Shown here: positions 1 through 9,277 of the stretch, in pieces
How the letters are laid out: each line of letters opens with the position of its first letter
Numbering within the stretch: the first letter of the stretch is position 1
Assembly: GCA_965202805.1 (NCBI GenBank)
Contig: OZ241869.1
Coordinates: 1,440,001 to 1,504,000 of the forward strand
DNA length: 64,000 bases
Direction of reading: 5' to 3'
Source of the DNA: Longimicrobiales bacterium
GTDB taxonomy: Bacteria > Gemmatimonadota > Gemmatimonadetes > Longimicrobiales > Gaopeijiaceae
Made by a program: the position numbers and the translations under genes
The notes under the pieces: generated by a model
Databases searched by the model: none
What the model was told of the DNA's origin: nothing
What the model saw: only the letters and a program-made list of their open reading frames with translations

Positions 1-1236
1 CGAAGCGATCACCATCCCCAGGAACTCGTCGATGGCGCCTCCCTGGATCCAGCGCGCGACCACCACCAGGTCGTTCTCGCGATCGACGTAGACCAGGTTG
101 GTCCCCGCCCCCCGGTGGCTGAACGACGACTCCGGCGTGCTCGCGTACGAACGCTGGCCGGTGTTCAGGAAGAAGTTCATGAACCCGTACATCTCGTTGA
201 CCGTGCCCGGCGTCTCCGCCATGTCCAGCCATTCCTCGGAAAGGAGCTGCTCGCCGTCCCAGTTGCCCTTGTGCAGCGTGAAGTAGCCGAAGCGGGCCTG
301 GTCCTCGGCGCTCAGGTTCATCCCTCCGCCCCAGTGGGTCCCGCCGCTCACCGACTGCATCATCTCTCCGTCGACGTTCACCCACGAGTTCCCGTAGCCG
401 TACCAGCGCCAGGTGTTGGACGCGCCGATGGGGTCCATGATGTGCTCGCGCAGCACCTGCGGCAGGGGCCGGCGCCAGACCTGGAGCGCCGCCAGCGCGA
501 GCAGGTTCACGCGCACGTCGTTGTACTTGTAGGCCGTGCCGGGCGCGTTGCGCGCGCGGTTGCGGTTGGCCGCCACGTCCCGTCCGGGCCGGTCGCCCCA
601 GTCGGGCTTGCCCCAGAGGGTGCCCTCCCAGTCGCTGGTCTGGCGCAGCAGATGATCCCAGGTGATCCGGCGGTTGTGCTCGGAGTCGAAGAGCGACACC
701 GGGGTCGGAACGCCGCGTCCGTCCGCCTCGCTGCCGGGCTCGCCGTCGCCCACCGGCAGAATCAGCGGGGGCATGTACTCGTGCACCGGATCGTCGACAT
801 CGCGGATGAGACCGCGGTCCCACGCCAGCCCCACGGTGGAGGAGAGGAAGCTCTTGGCCACGCTGAAGGTCGGATCGACGCGCCGGGTCTCGCCCCACTC
901 GGCGACGATGTAGCCGTCCTTCACGACGATGCCGCTCTGCGGGCCCCGCACCTTGAGCGGACCGATGGCCTCGTCGAAGGGCTCGGTGTTCCAGCTGAGC
1001 GCGTGCGCCACCTCCAGGTCGCGCGGCGCGGTGCTCTCGCTCGCGATGGCGAAGTCGACCGCCTGCTGCAGGAGCTCGGGGTTCATGCCCATCGACTCGG
1101 GGGACCTGCGCTCCCAGTCGCCCGCCGGGGGAAAGTAGGCGTCCTGCGCCTGCAGGCCGGTGGCGCCCAGCAGAACGACCGCGGCGGCGGCGAAGAGTGG
1201 TGCAAGGGCGGGATGGGGCCGCTGTGCTGACTTCAT
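1..1236 (-). CDS. Secreted serine hydrolase, beta-lactamase/PBP fold; 3' end runs off the window
   Basis: Not in the ORF track because it is truncated at the window edge. Manual translation from ATG 1236 (GAGG upstream) gives MKSAQRPHPALAPLFAAAAVVLLGATGLQAQDAYFPPAGDWERRSPE..., with a signal peptide, SxxK (FSVAKS) and YxN-like (YKYND) motifs. Confidence 0.85.
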   Translation of the reverse strand, partial: MKSAQRPHPALAPLFAAAAVVLLGATGLQAQDAYFPPAGDWERRSPESMGMNPELLQQAVDFAIASESTAPRDLEVAHALSWNTEPFDEAIGPLKVRGPQSGIVVKDGYIVAEWGETRRVDPTFSVAKSFLSSTVGLAWDRGLIRDVDDPVHEYMPPLILPVGDGEPGSEADGRGVPTPVSLFDSEHNRRITWDHLLRQTSDWEGTLWGKPDWGDRPGRDVAANRNRARNAPGTAYKYNDVRVNLLALAALQVWRRPLPQVLREHIMDPIGASNTWRWYGYGNSWVNVDGEMMQSVSGGTHWGGGMNLSAEDQARFGYFTLHKGNWDGEQLLSEEWLDMAETPGTVNEMYGFMNFFLNTGQRSYASTPESSFSHRGAGTNLVYVDRENDLVVVARWIQGGAIDEFLGMVIAS

Positions 1237-1387
1237 GGGAATCACCTCGTTCGGGGGCGAGAGACGGACGGTTCGCACACGGGGAATGCCGGTTCGCGAG
1301 AGGGGATATCATACGTCGCGGCGCGCGAGACGCGACAGGTGACGGGGAGAGCCTGGCCTGGACGCGGTCCAGCGCGCGTGCTTCCGA

Positions 1388-1421
1388 GAACGCCCGCAAT
1401 CGCCGAACGCCCGCAATCGCC
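1388..1421. repeat. 17-bp perfect tandem duplication (GAACGCCCGCAATCGCC x2)
   Basis: Read directly; intergenic between the threonine ammonia-lyase stop and the hydrolase start. Confidence 0.9.
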
Positions 1422-1490
1422 TGCCGGCCTCCGCGCCTTCGCCTGGGCGCGCCCACGGGTCCGGATGTCGAGGCGTACGGGTGACCCACC

Positions 1491-2702
1491 CTACGACACC
1501 TCGCCCACCTGGTGGCCCAGCTCTCTCAACTCCGCGACGATCTCCGCGACATGGGCGCGCCCGCGCGTCTCGATCTCCATCTCGATGCCGACGTGGCCGA
1601 CCGAGATGTCCCCGAAGGCCCTCGTGTGTTCGATGTGGAGGACGTTGGCCCCGGCGATGGCGACCACCGCGGTGACCTCGTTCAGGTAGCCCGGCCGGTC
1701 CCGCACCACCACCGAGAGGCGCGCCAGGCGACCATCGGCCCACAGCCCGCGGTCGATGATCTTCGAGGCCACGTTCATGTCGATGTTGCCGCCGGAGAGG
1801 ATGCACACCGTCACGTCCGCGGGACCCAGGCGGATCCTGTCGCTCAGAATCGCCGCCACCCCCACCGCCCCGCCGCCCTCGACCACCATCTTCTCCGACT
1901 CCATCAGGAAGAAGATGGCGCGCACGATCTCCTCCTCGTCGACCACGACCACGTCGTCCACCAGGGCCTGGATGTGCGGGAAGGTGAGGTCGCCGATGCG
2001 CTTCACCGCGATCCCGTCGGCGAGGGTGTCCGAGCGTTCCAGGTGGACCGGTCGCCCCGCCTCCAGCGACGCGACCGCGCCCGGCGAGGCCGCCGCCTCC
2101 ACCCCGATGACGCGGGCGTGCGGCCGGCGCGCCTTCACCACGGTCGCGACCCCCGAGATCATCCCACCGCCCCCGATGGGTATCACCAGCGTGGTGAGGT
2201 CGGGAACCTGCTCCAGGATCTCCAGCGCCATGGTCCCCTGCCCCGCCATCACCGCGGGGTCGTCGAAGGCGTGAACGCCGGTCAGGCCCTCCTCCTCGAC
2301 CAGCTTCTCGACGCGCGCCATGCCGTCGGTGAGGGTCGCGCCGGTCTGGATCACGCGGGCCCCATAGCCGCGCGTCCTGGTCACCTTGATCAGCGGCGCG
2401 GCGTCGGGCATCACGATGGTGCACGGGATTCCCAGCCGCGCCGAATGGTACGCGAGCGCCTGGGCGTGGTTGCCCGCGCTGGCCGCGACCACCCCGGCCT
2501 CCCGCCCCGCCGGCTCCAGCAGAAGCAGGCGGTTCAGCGACCCGCGGTCCTTGAACGAGCCCGTCCGCTGCCGGAATTCGGTCTTGAAGTGAACGCGCCC
2601 GAGCCGGGACCGGTCGAGCCCGAGGGAGCGCGGGCAGCCGGTCTCCACGATCCCGTCCCCGATGCGTCCGCGGGCCTCGATGATGTCGTCGTAGGAGAGC
2701 AT
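1491..2702 (-). CDS. ilvA: Threonine ammonia-lyase (PLP-dependent) with C-terminal ACT domain
   Basis: PLP-lysine motif TGSFKDRG, ASAGNHAQ, IGGGGMISG, LSGGNID, and ACT-like DRPG. At 403 aa it fits the short ilvA/tdcB type. Confidence 0.93.
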   Translation of the reverse strand: MLSYDDIIEARGRIGDGIVETGCPRSLGLDRSRLGRVHFKTEFRQRTGSFKDRGSLNRLLLLEPAGREAGVVAASAGNHAQALAYHSARLGIPCTIVMPDAAPLIKVTRTRGYGARVIQTGATLTDGMARVEKLVEEEGLTGVHAFDDPAVMAGQGTMALEILEQVPDLTTLVIPIGGGGMISGVATVVKARRPHARVIGVEAAASPGAVASLEAGRPVHLERSDTLADGIAVKRIGDLTFPHIQALVDDVVVVDEEEIVRAIFFLMESEKMVVEGGGAVGVAAILSDRIRLGPADVTVCILSGGNIDMNVASKIIDRGLWADGRLARLSVVVRDRPGYLNEVTAVVAIAGANVLHIEHTRAFGDISVGHVGIEMEIETRGRAHVAEIVAELRELGHQVGEVS

Positions 2703-2838
2703 GTCACAAACCTGTGCGGCGCCGCCGACAACTCAAGCCCCCGGGCCCCCTTCGGCCTTGTCCGGGCAGCGCCGTTCCGGCTAGCTTTGGGCCGTCGTCA
2801 GAACCCCCTCGGGACTTCATCCAGCCGGAGATTCCTCC

Positions 2839-3129
2839 ATGATCGAATGGATCATTCCGTTCGCTCTCTACCCCACCCTGGCCGCCCTCTACTACGGCGG
2901 CGCCCCCATACGCTTCGAAGGCCCCGACAACGCGCGCCAGCTGCTGGGCGTGTTTCTCGGGCTGGTCCTGTTCGTTGCCGTTTGGGGCGTGCTCAAGACG
3001 GTCATTCAGCCGATGACCGGGCAGATGATCGGCCTCGCGTTCGCATCCCTCCTCGCGTCGTTCGCGCTGCGCCCCGGCTGCAGGCTGGGTTGCCGGCTGG
3101 TGGGCGTTCGGGTCGTAGACGACCAGTAG
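2839..3129 (+). CDS. Small membrane protein, hypothetical
   Basis: 96 aa with three hydrophobic segments; GGAG upstream; fills the gap between two minus-strand genes. Confidence 0.7.
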   Translation: MIEWIIPFALYPTLAALYYGGAPIRFEGPDNARQLLGVFLGLVLFVAVWGVLKTVIQPMTGQMIGLAFASLLASFALRPGCRLGCRLVGVRVVDDQ

Positions 3130-3143
3130 CCTTCCGGCGCGCG

Positions 3144-3929
3144 TCAGTCCATCTGCCAGACGACGAGCAACTGCACGACGCTCTCGTCGCGGGTCGTTCC
3201 CAGCTTGTTGGTCCAGAGCTGGTACTCAACCCCCACGTGAAGGACGTTCGCGGCCCCGGTGAGCGCCTGGCCCAGATCCCATCTGAGCTGAGGCTGGGCG
3301 AGGATGCTCCCCGGGTAGTCCCTGCCCAGTTCGTCGGTGACGGCCCCCATGTACTCGGCGTGGCCGGTGAACGAGAACGACTGACTGCCCAGCTGGAAGA
3401 CGGATAGCCAGCTTACGTCGAAGTTGAAGCTGTCCCCGGTGCTCGGCGCGCCGCCCGCGTCCAGACCGCTGCTGGCGTCGATGAAGGCCGCCAGGATCGT
3501 GTTCACGAAGATGAATCCGGGCACGCTCCAGCCCAGTTCCACGCCCGGCAGGTATCTCAGGACTTTCGACTGGATGCCCAGGTTTACGCCGGTGACCAGC
3601 CGCACATCGTTCACCGGCCCGAAGCCCGCGCCGCCCGCCGCCAGTGAACCCAGACTCAGCGTCGGATACCACTCCCCGTAGAGATCCCGATCGTTGAACT
3701 CGTCGGCGACCCCGTCGGTCGAGTAGTCGAGGAAGAAGAAGGAACCTCCCGCGCGCCATCCACCGGCGTGTTGCAGCGTGAAGATGTGGGTCGGCACACT
3801 GGCGGCGGAGAGCGGGTTCAGGATGCTGCCGCGCTGGTAGTGGAGCTCCAGTTGCGCCGATGCGGGCGCGGGGAGGAACGCCGCAGTTGCGACGACAGCC
3901 GACAGGAGGGTTGAGGATCGACGACACAT
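3144..3929 (-). CDS. Outer-membrane beta-barrel, Tsx-like nucleoside channel / DUF5020 family
   Basis: Signal peptide ending ASA-Q; motifs FTLQHAGGW, FFFLD, YGEWYP, QPQLRWD, GVEYQLWTNKLG. Start moved to ATG 3929 (GGGAGG upstream). Confidence 0.75.
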   Translation of the reverse strand: MCRRSSTLLSAVVATAAFLPAPASAQLELHYQRGSILNPLSAASVPTHIFTLQHAGGWRAGGSFFFLDYSTDGVADEFNDRDLYGEWYPTLSLGSLAAGGAGFGPVNDVRLVTGVNLGIQSKVLRYLPGVELGWSVPGFIFVNTILAAFIDASSGLDAGGAPSTGDSFNFDVSWLSVFQLGSQSFSFTGHAEYMGAVTDELGRDYPGSILAQPQLRWDLGQALTGAANVLHVGVEYQLWTNKLGTTRDESVVQLLVVWQMD

Positions 3930-4215
3930 GGTGAATCTGCCCTCCCGGAATTCGCTCCCGGCCCGAGTTTCCTTCATCTCCCTGGCAGGCGCATTCTACG
4001 GGGCGGCAAGACATGCGGCCAGCGAGCGCACGAGGCGGACGGACCGCCGGATGACGCCGTGTCGGCGGATGGAGCGGTCTCGACGGACGACGGACGGCCC
4101 CGGGCAAGCGAGCCCGGCGGAAACGTAGTATCCTGATGCGATACACCCGGCAGGACGCGCCAGCCCGCTTCGCCGGGCCCCCACGGCGTTCAGGGACTCT
4201 CGACACAAACAGGTC

Positions 4216-5259
4216 ATGTTCTTCCCAGACAGCAGCCCGGCCCCTGCACCGCCCCGGTCCACCACCGCGTTCGCCGCTCCCGGATTCTTCTTCGTGCGCG
4301 CGCTGATCCTCGTCTTGATCGCGTGCGGCGCCGACGCGGTCGAACCGCCTCCCCCACCCGTCGAACCCGATCCCGTCGAGCCGCAGCCGGTGCCGGATCC
4401 ACCGGCGATCCAGATTCCCGCCCGAGGGACATCCGCAACGCTCGACGTGGCCACCTGGAACCTCCTCTACTTCGGGGCCGCGAACCAGGGACCCGCGGAC
4501 GAGCCCCTGCAGATGGCGCGCGTGCGGGACGTCATTCTGGGAACCGACTTCGACGTCTGGGGCGTGCAGGAGGTGACGGACGCGGATGCCTTCGCGGCGT
4601 TGCTGGACCGGTTGCCCGGATACCAGGGGTTCCTTGCCAGCGACGCCTCCGTCTCCGGCGGATCGGACAGCTACAACCGCGGGGAACTGAAGGTCGGGCT
4701 CATCTACAAGAGGGCGCTCGCGGAGGTGACCGGGGCGCGCGTCATCCTGACCGAACTGGACTACGAGTTCGCGGGCCGCCCGCCGCTGGAGGTGCAGCTG
4801 CGCGTGACGCTCGGTGGCGCGAGCCGCGATATCGTCATGATTGTCCTGCACGCCAAGGCCGTGGCCGACGAGACGTCATGGGAGCGGCGCATGGCGGCGG
4901 GCGAAGGGCTGCAGGAGTATCTCGACGCCACCTGGCCGGACCGTGCGGTCCTCGTGCCCGGGGACTGGAACGACGATGTGGACGAGTCGATCACCAGCGG
5001 GCGCGACACACCCTACAGGAGCCTCGTGGATGCCGCCCCGGAGTGGGTGTTTCCGACGGCCAGCCTGAGCGCCGCCGGGGCGCGGTCGATGCCGCGCTAC
5101 ACCGAGGTGATCGACCACATCCTCGCGTCGGACGAGGCGATGGCGTGGTACGAGGAGGGTTCGGCGATGGTGTACGAGGTGGACGACATCATCCCCGACT
5201 ACCTGGACACCACCAGCGACCATCTGCCGGTGCTGGCACGGTTCGCGCCGGGGGGATGA
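4216..5259 (+). CDS. Endonuclease/exonuclease/phosphatase (EEP) family lipoprotein
   Basis: TWNL, VQEV, GDWN, IDHI and SDHLPV motifs; lipobox LIAC followed by a Pro-rich linker. Exact start uncertain. Confidence 0.88.
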   Translation: MFFPDSSPAPAPPRSTTAFAAPGFFFVRALILVLIACGADAVEPPPPPVEPDPVEPQPVPDPPAIQIPARGTSATLDVATWNLLYFGAANQGPADEPLQMARVRDVILGTDFDVWGVQEVTDADAFAALLDRLPGYQGFLASDASVSGGSDSYNRGELKVGLIYKRALAEVTGARVILTELDYEFAGRPPLEVQLRVTLGGASRDIVMIVLHAKAVADETSWERRMAAGEGLQEYLDATWPDRAVLVPGDWNDDVDESITSGRDTPYRSLVDAAPEWVFPTASLSAAGARSMPRYTEVIDHILASDEAMAWYEEGSAMVYEVDDIIPDYLDTTSDHLPVLARFAPGG

Positions 5260-5336
5260 GGCGAGTCGGGCCCGGACCTGCCCTGGCTTTCGGCGCAGGG
5301 CGAGTCCGGGAGGGGGTGCGGCGGAACAGTCGAGGC

Positions 5337-5606
5337 CTACTCGTCGATCAGGCGTCGCTCGCGCACGTCCCTGGCGCCCATCGCGATGCCTGTGCCGATG
5401 CCGGCGCCCACCAGCAGGGCGGGTGCGGCGGTAATGACCGGCAGCATGGCCAGGGCGACGGTGACCACGGCACCGGTCAGGATCCCCAGGCCGCGCTTCT
5501 CCACCCACGACGTGTAGCGAAGCCGTCGCCGCACGAAACGCCGTGACTTCAAGTGTGCGTAGAACCCGACCACGGCCGCGATTCCCAATCCGATCAACCC
5601 AAACAT
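5337..5606 (-). CDS. Small membrane protein, hypothetical
   Basis: 89 aa, hydrophobic segments, AAGGAG RBS upstream of the ATG. Confidence 0.7.
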   Translation of the reverse strand: MFGLIGLGIAAVVGFYAHLKSRRFVRRRLRYTSWVEKRGLGILTGAVVTVALAMLPVITAAPALLVGAGIGTGIAMGARDVRERRLIDE

Positions 5607-5799
5607 GACGACACTCCTTTAACAGGCGTCCTGGCCCCCGGGCTGTGCACCTTACGCGCGATCCGGGGATCCGTTTCGCGCCGGGACGGGTTCGAATAAG
5701 TATGGTACAGCTTCCGGCAAGTACAGGCTGCGGCGCGCAGCGAACGGCAGCCACGAGAAGAGCGGCGTTCATGAGGGACTGCATGTTCGGAGTCGGGCG

Positions 5800-6858
5800 A
5801 TGACGCGGATGGCGGCGGCGCGGCTGCTGCTCCTGCTGGTCGTGGAGGCAGTGTGGCTCACCCCCGTGGGCGGTCCGCGCCTCCCCTTCCCCGGGTCCGG
5901 CCGGGGCGTGTTGTCGCAGGAGGCGCTGGCGGCCGCCTTCGCGGCGCAGGAGGAGATCAGTCCGGAGCTGCTGGCCATTCCGGGCGTGGTGGGCACCGCT
6001 GTCGGGCTGGGCGCCGGCGACCGTCCGGTGGTGATGGTCTACCTGGAGTACGCCGCCGTGGCCGGGCTTCCGGCCAGCTTCGCCGGGTACCCGCTGGTGC
6101 GCGAGGTGACCGGGCGCATCACCGCGCTCGGCGATGTGCCGCTGCCCCCGGCCGGGGCCGACGGCCCGGTCGATCCCAGGGGCCCGTTCCCGCGCCCGGT
6201 GCCCATCGGCGTGTCGACGGGGCGGACGGGGGTCACCGCGGGCACCATCGGGGCGCGCGTCACCGACGGACGCCGGACGTACGCCCTCTCCAACAACCAC
6301 GTCTTCGCCAACCGCAACGACGCCAACCTGGGCGACAACGTGATCCAGCCGGGCGTGGCCGACGGAGGGAGCGACCCGGAGCACGCCTTCGGCACGCTGG
6401 CCGACTTCGAGGAGATCGGCTTCTGCCGCGCCCTGGCCTGCCCGGAAAACCAGGTCGACGGCGCCATCGCCGAGACCTCGCCCGACCAGCTGGCGGCGGC
6501 CACCCCCTCCAACGGCTACGGCGCGCCCCGAAGCGGGATTGCGGAGGCGTCGCTCATGCTCGCGGTGCAGAAGTACGGCCGCACCACCGGGCTCACCCGC
6601 GGCAAGGTGACCGGCATCAACGCCATCCTCGACGTCAACTACCGCACCGGCAGAGCTCGGTTCGTCGACCAGCTCGTCATCACCGGCGAGGGGTTCAGCG
6701 CGGGTGGCGACTCGGGCTCCCTGATCGTGACCGACGGACGCGGGCGCAAGGACCGCCGGCCGGTCGCACTGCTCTTCGCCGGCAGCCCGAACACCACCAT
6801 CGCCAACCCCATCGACCTCGTGCTCGACCGCTTCGGCGTCACCGTCGACGCAGGGTAG
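5800..6858 (+). CDS. Secreted trypsin-like (S1) serine protease with N-terminal propeptide
   Basis: Catalytic-triad motifs SNNHV (His), VDGA (Asp), GDSGS (Ser); KYGRTTGLT. Confidence 0.88.
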   Translation: MTRMAAARLLLLLVVEAVWLTPVGGPRLPFPGSGRGVLSQEALAAAFAAQEEISPELLAIPGVVGTAVGLGAGDRPVVMVYLEYAAVAGLPASFAGYPLVREVTGRITALGDVPLPPAGADGPVDPRGPFPRPVPIGVSTGRTGVTAGTIGARVTDGRRTYALSNNHVFANRNDANLGDNVIQPGVADGGSDPEHAFGTLADFEEIGFCRALACPENQVDGAIAETSPDQLAAATPSNGYGAPRSGIAEASLMLAVQKYGRTTGLTRGKVTGINAILDVNYRTGRARFVDQLVITGEGFSAGGDSGSLIVTDGRGRKDRRPVALLFAGSPNTTIANPIDLVLDRFGVTVDAG

Positions 6859-6864
6859 GGCGCC

Positions 6865-7086
6865 ATGGCGGTGAGCATCGAGGACGCGCAACGGCGCCTC
6901 TCCCGCCAGGTCATGGGACGCCCCGGCGTGGTGGGCACCGCGATCGGGGTGGCCGCCGGGAAGCCCTGCCTCAAGGTGTATCTCGCAGGCGGCGGGGACG
7001 GAAAAGGAGCCCGTATCCCCCGCAGCTGCGAGGGTTACCGGGTGGTGGTCGAGAAGACGGGCACCATTCGCCGTCTGTCTTCCTGA
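6865..7086 (+). CDS. 73-aa protein resembling the propeptide of the upstream protease
   Basis: PGVVGTAIG..KPCLKVYL..P.SCEGYRVVVEKTG aligns with protease PGVVGTAVG..RPVVMVYL..PASFAGYPLVREVTG; starts 6 bp after the protease stop. Confidence 0.75.
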   Translation: MAVSIEDAQRRLSRQVMGRPGVVGTAIGVAAGKPCLKVYLAGGGDGKGARIPRSCEGYRVVVEKTGTIRRLSS

Positions 7087-7355
7087 GCCCCTGATCGCGG
7101 TTGGCACGACTCCGGGTGCCGGAGGCCCCGCAACCGCGACAAAACCCCTCACGGCTGCGACACGATTGTGTGTTGCGCCAAATGTTTCCAGACCCGTGCC
7201 GGGGGTATGGCCCATCGCCGAAGGTGTCGCTAACTTCGGCGCATCGTTCACGAAGATGAGCCTGAAAATACGAGGAGCCGGTCCAGGATCGGCCCCGCGA
7301 CGTCATCTCGCACGAGCCACAAGGGCCACCGAATCACGCACCGCTGGAGACGGAA

Positions 7356-9056
7356 ATGAACAAGCGCCGGGAGACACCGGGCAGGGACGCGCATCGCTTC
7401 TGGCTGGTATCCGCCATGGGCGCACTGGTGGCGCTTGCCGGGTGCGGGGGAGACGAGCCTGATCCGGTGGTGCCCCCGGCGGGCCCGCCCGATGCTCCCC
7501 GCGCGGCGGCCATATCGATTTCACCCGGTTCCGTCACTCTCACCTCCGTCGGAGAGACCGCTTCGTTCACCGCGAGCGTCACGGACCAGTTCGGCGCGGC
7601 CTTCAGCGGGACCGTCGCCTGGACGTCCACCGATGCCAGAGTATTCACGGTGAACTCGAGCGGCGTCGTCACCGCCGTGGGCAGTGGGTCGGGCACGCTC
7701 ACCGCCGTAATCTCGAGGTTCACCGCCACAGCCTCCGTCACGGTCGACATCAACCTGCCGCCCATGGTCCGGGCGGGGGTCCCCGTGGGGATCACCGTCG
7801 AGTTGGGGGCGAGAGGCGGAACGCGTCCATGGCTGGCCGCCACCCGCTTCGAGGATCCCGACGATGACGTACTGGATCTGACGTATACGGTGGAGGTGGA
7901 AGACACCACCGTGGCGTGGGCGGAGGTGTGGGTCGACAGCCAGCGCAATCCTTCTGTGGTCATGGGCGGCAAGGCCGTCGGAACCACGAGGCTTACGGCC
8001 ACGGCGACCGATCCGGGTGGGCTCTCGGCCAGCGTGTACATCATCCTGGATGTCGTCGACTCCGACTTCAGTCCGACCAGCCCCCTCAGGGTCGGCAACG
8101 GCAGGATAGAGATCCCGGCCGGAGCCCTGCTGGAGGGTTGTACCCCACCGCTCGTCAACCTGCCGGACCCTTCCGGCTACATCTTCACCTTCCACAGTTC
8201 CAGATGGCAGACGCGGAGCGATTCGACCGCCGCGTGGTCGGATGTCGAGGGCACCGAAGTGACGGATGGGACCCTGTGCGTCCACGCCACCGGGAACCCC
8301 GGGGAGTACCGGCTGGTCGCGGACATCACCCTCGTCCTCGGCGAGAACCTCGACCCTCTCCGCGGATGGTACCGCTCGGCAAACACGTTCATCGTCGAGG
8401 AACACATGGGCGGGAACCGGGCGCCGGAGTTGAGCGCCACGGCGCCGCGGCGTCTCGCGCTGTCGCTGGGCGGCGGACCCCAGCTCGTGGCGACCGCGCA
8501 GCACATCAGCGATCCGGATGGTGACGACCTCGAATTCTCGGTCGAGGTGAGCGATACGACTGTGATGTCGGTGCGCGAAGTGACGGACGGCGCCGGAAGC
8601 ACCGTCGTGGTCGCCGGCGGCCTGAGCGAGGGCAGCGGCACGATCACCATCACGGCTACCGATCCCGAGGGCCTTGCCGCGGAGCTGTCCATCGCAATTG
8701 AGATCGATGACTCCGGGTACACGGCGTACAATACCATCCAGGTGGCCAACGGATTGATCGTGGCAGCCGGGACCGCATTGCCAATCTGCTCGCCGCCCTT
8801 CATCGGGCTGCGTGGCCCGGACGGCTGGGTGTACACCGTCCATTCCTCGAAATGGCAGAGCAGAAGCGATTCCTCCGCGGACTGGGCCGATATCGAGGGC
8901 ACGGAAATAGCAACGGGGCAGATCTGCCCCTACACGTCGGAGGCGCCCGGCGACTATCGCCTGGTGTACGACGCCACCATCGCCGTCTCGCCGGACGAGT
9001 CGTTCCGGGGCAACTACGCCAGCCAGAACTTCTTCACGGTAGCCAGCGGCGGTTAG
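7356..9056 (+). CDS. Surface lipoprotein: Ig-like (Big_2) domain plus two tandem units of cadherin-like domain and Cys-containing domain
   Basis: Lipobox LAGC; Big_2-like WTSTDARVFTVNSSGVVTAVG; DPDxD...ATDPxGL twice; HSS(R/K)WQxRSDS twice. Confidence 0.8.
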   Translation: MNKRRETPGRDAHRFWLVSAMGALVALAGCGGDEPDPVVPPAGPPDAPRAAAISISPGSVTLTSVGETASFTASVTDQFGAAFSGTVAWTSTDARVFTVNSSGVVTAVGSGSGTLTAVISRFTATASVTVDINLPPMVRAGVPVGITVELGARGGTRPWLAATRFEDPDDDVLDLTYTVEVEDTTVAWAEVWVDSQRNPSVVMGGKAVGTTRLTATATDPGGLSASVYIILDVVDSDFSPTSPLRVGNGRIEIPAGALLEGCTPPLVNLPDPSGYIFTFHSSRWQTRSDSTAAWSDVEGTEVTDGTLCVHATGNPGEYRLVADITLVLGENLDPLRGWYRSANTFIVEEHMGGNRAPELSATAPRRLALSLGGGPQLVATAQHISDPDGDDLEFSVEVSDTTVMSVREVTDGAGSTVVVAGGLSEGSGTITITATDPEGLAAELSIAIEIDDSGYTAYNTIQVANGLIVAAGTALPICSPPFIGLRGPDGWVYTVHSSKWQSRSDSSADWADIEGTEIATGQICPYTSEAPGDYRLVYDATIAVSPDESFRGNYASQNFFTVASGG

Positions 9057-9156
9057 TCACGGGACGGCGACGTCCGGGCCCGGGCTCCACACGCAGGCAA
9101 CCTTCCTGCCGGGTCGCGCAGTCGAAGGATCGTGGATCCCCATGCCTCCCGCCGCA

Positions 9157-9188
9157 GCGTGATCGTTGACACGCGTGATCGTTGACAC
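9157..9188. repeat. 16-bp perfect tandem duplication GCGTGATCGTTGACAC x2, each copy containing TTGACA
   Basis: Read directly, upstream of the beta-propeller gene. Confidence 0.9.
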
Positions 9189-9277
9189 CAACGCGCTCAG
9201 CCACTACCCGTAAGCTACGACGTCTTTCGTGGCACGACGCCCGGACCCCCTGTCTTCAACGAAGAACGGTACGCGAA

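Noticed and set aside
115..1230. 371-aa plus-strand ORF
   Set aside because: Antisense shadow of the minus-strand serine hydrolase, which has real motifs.
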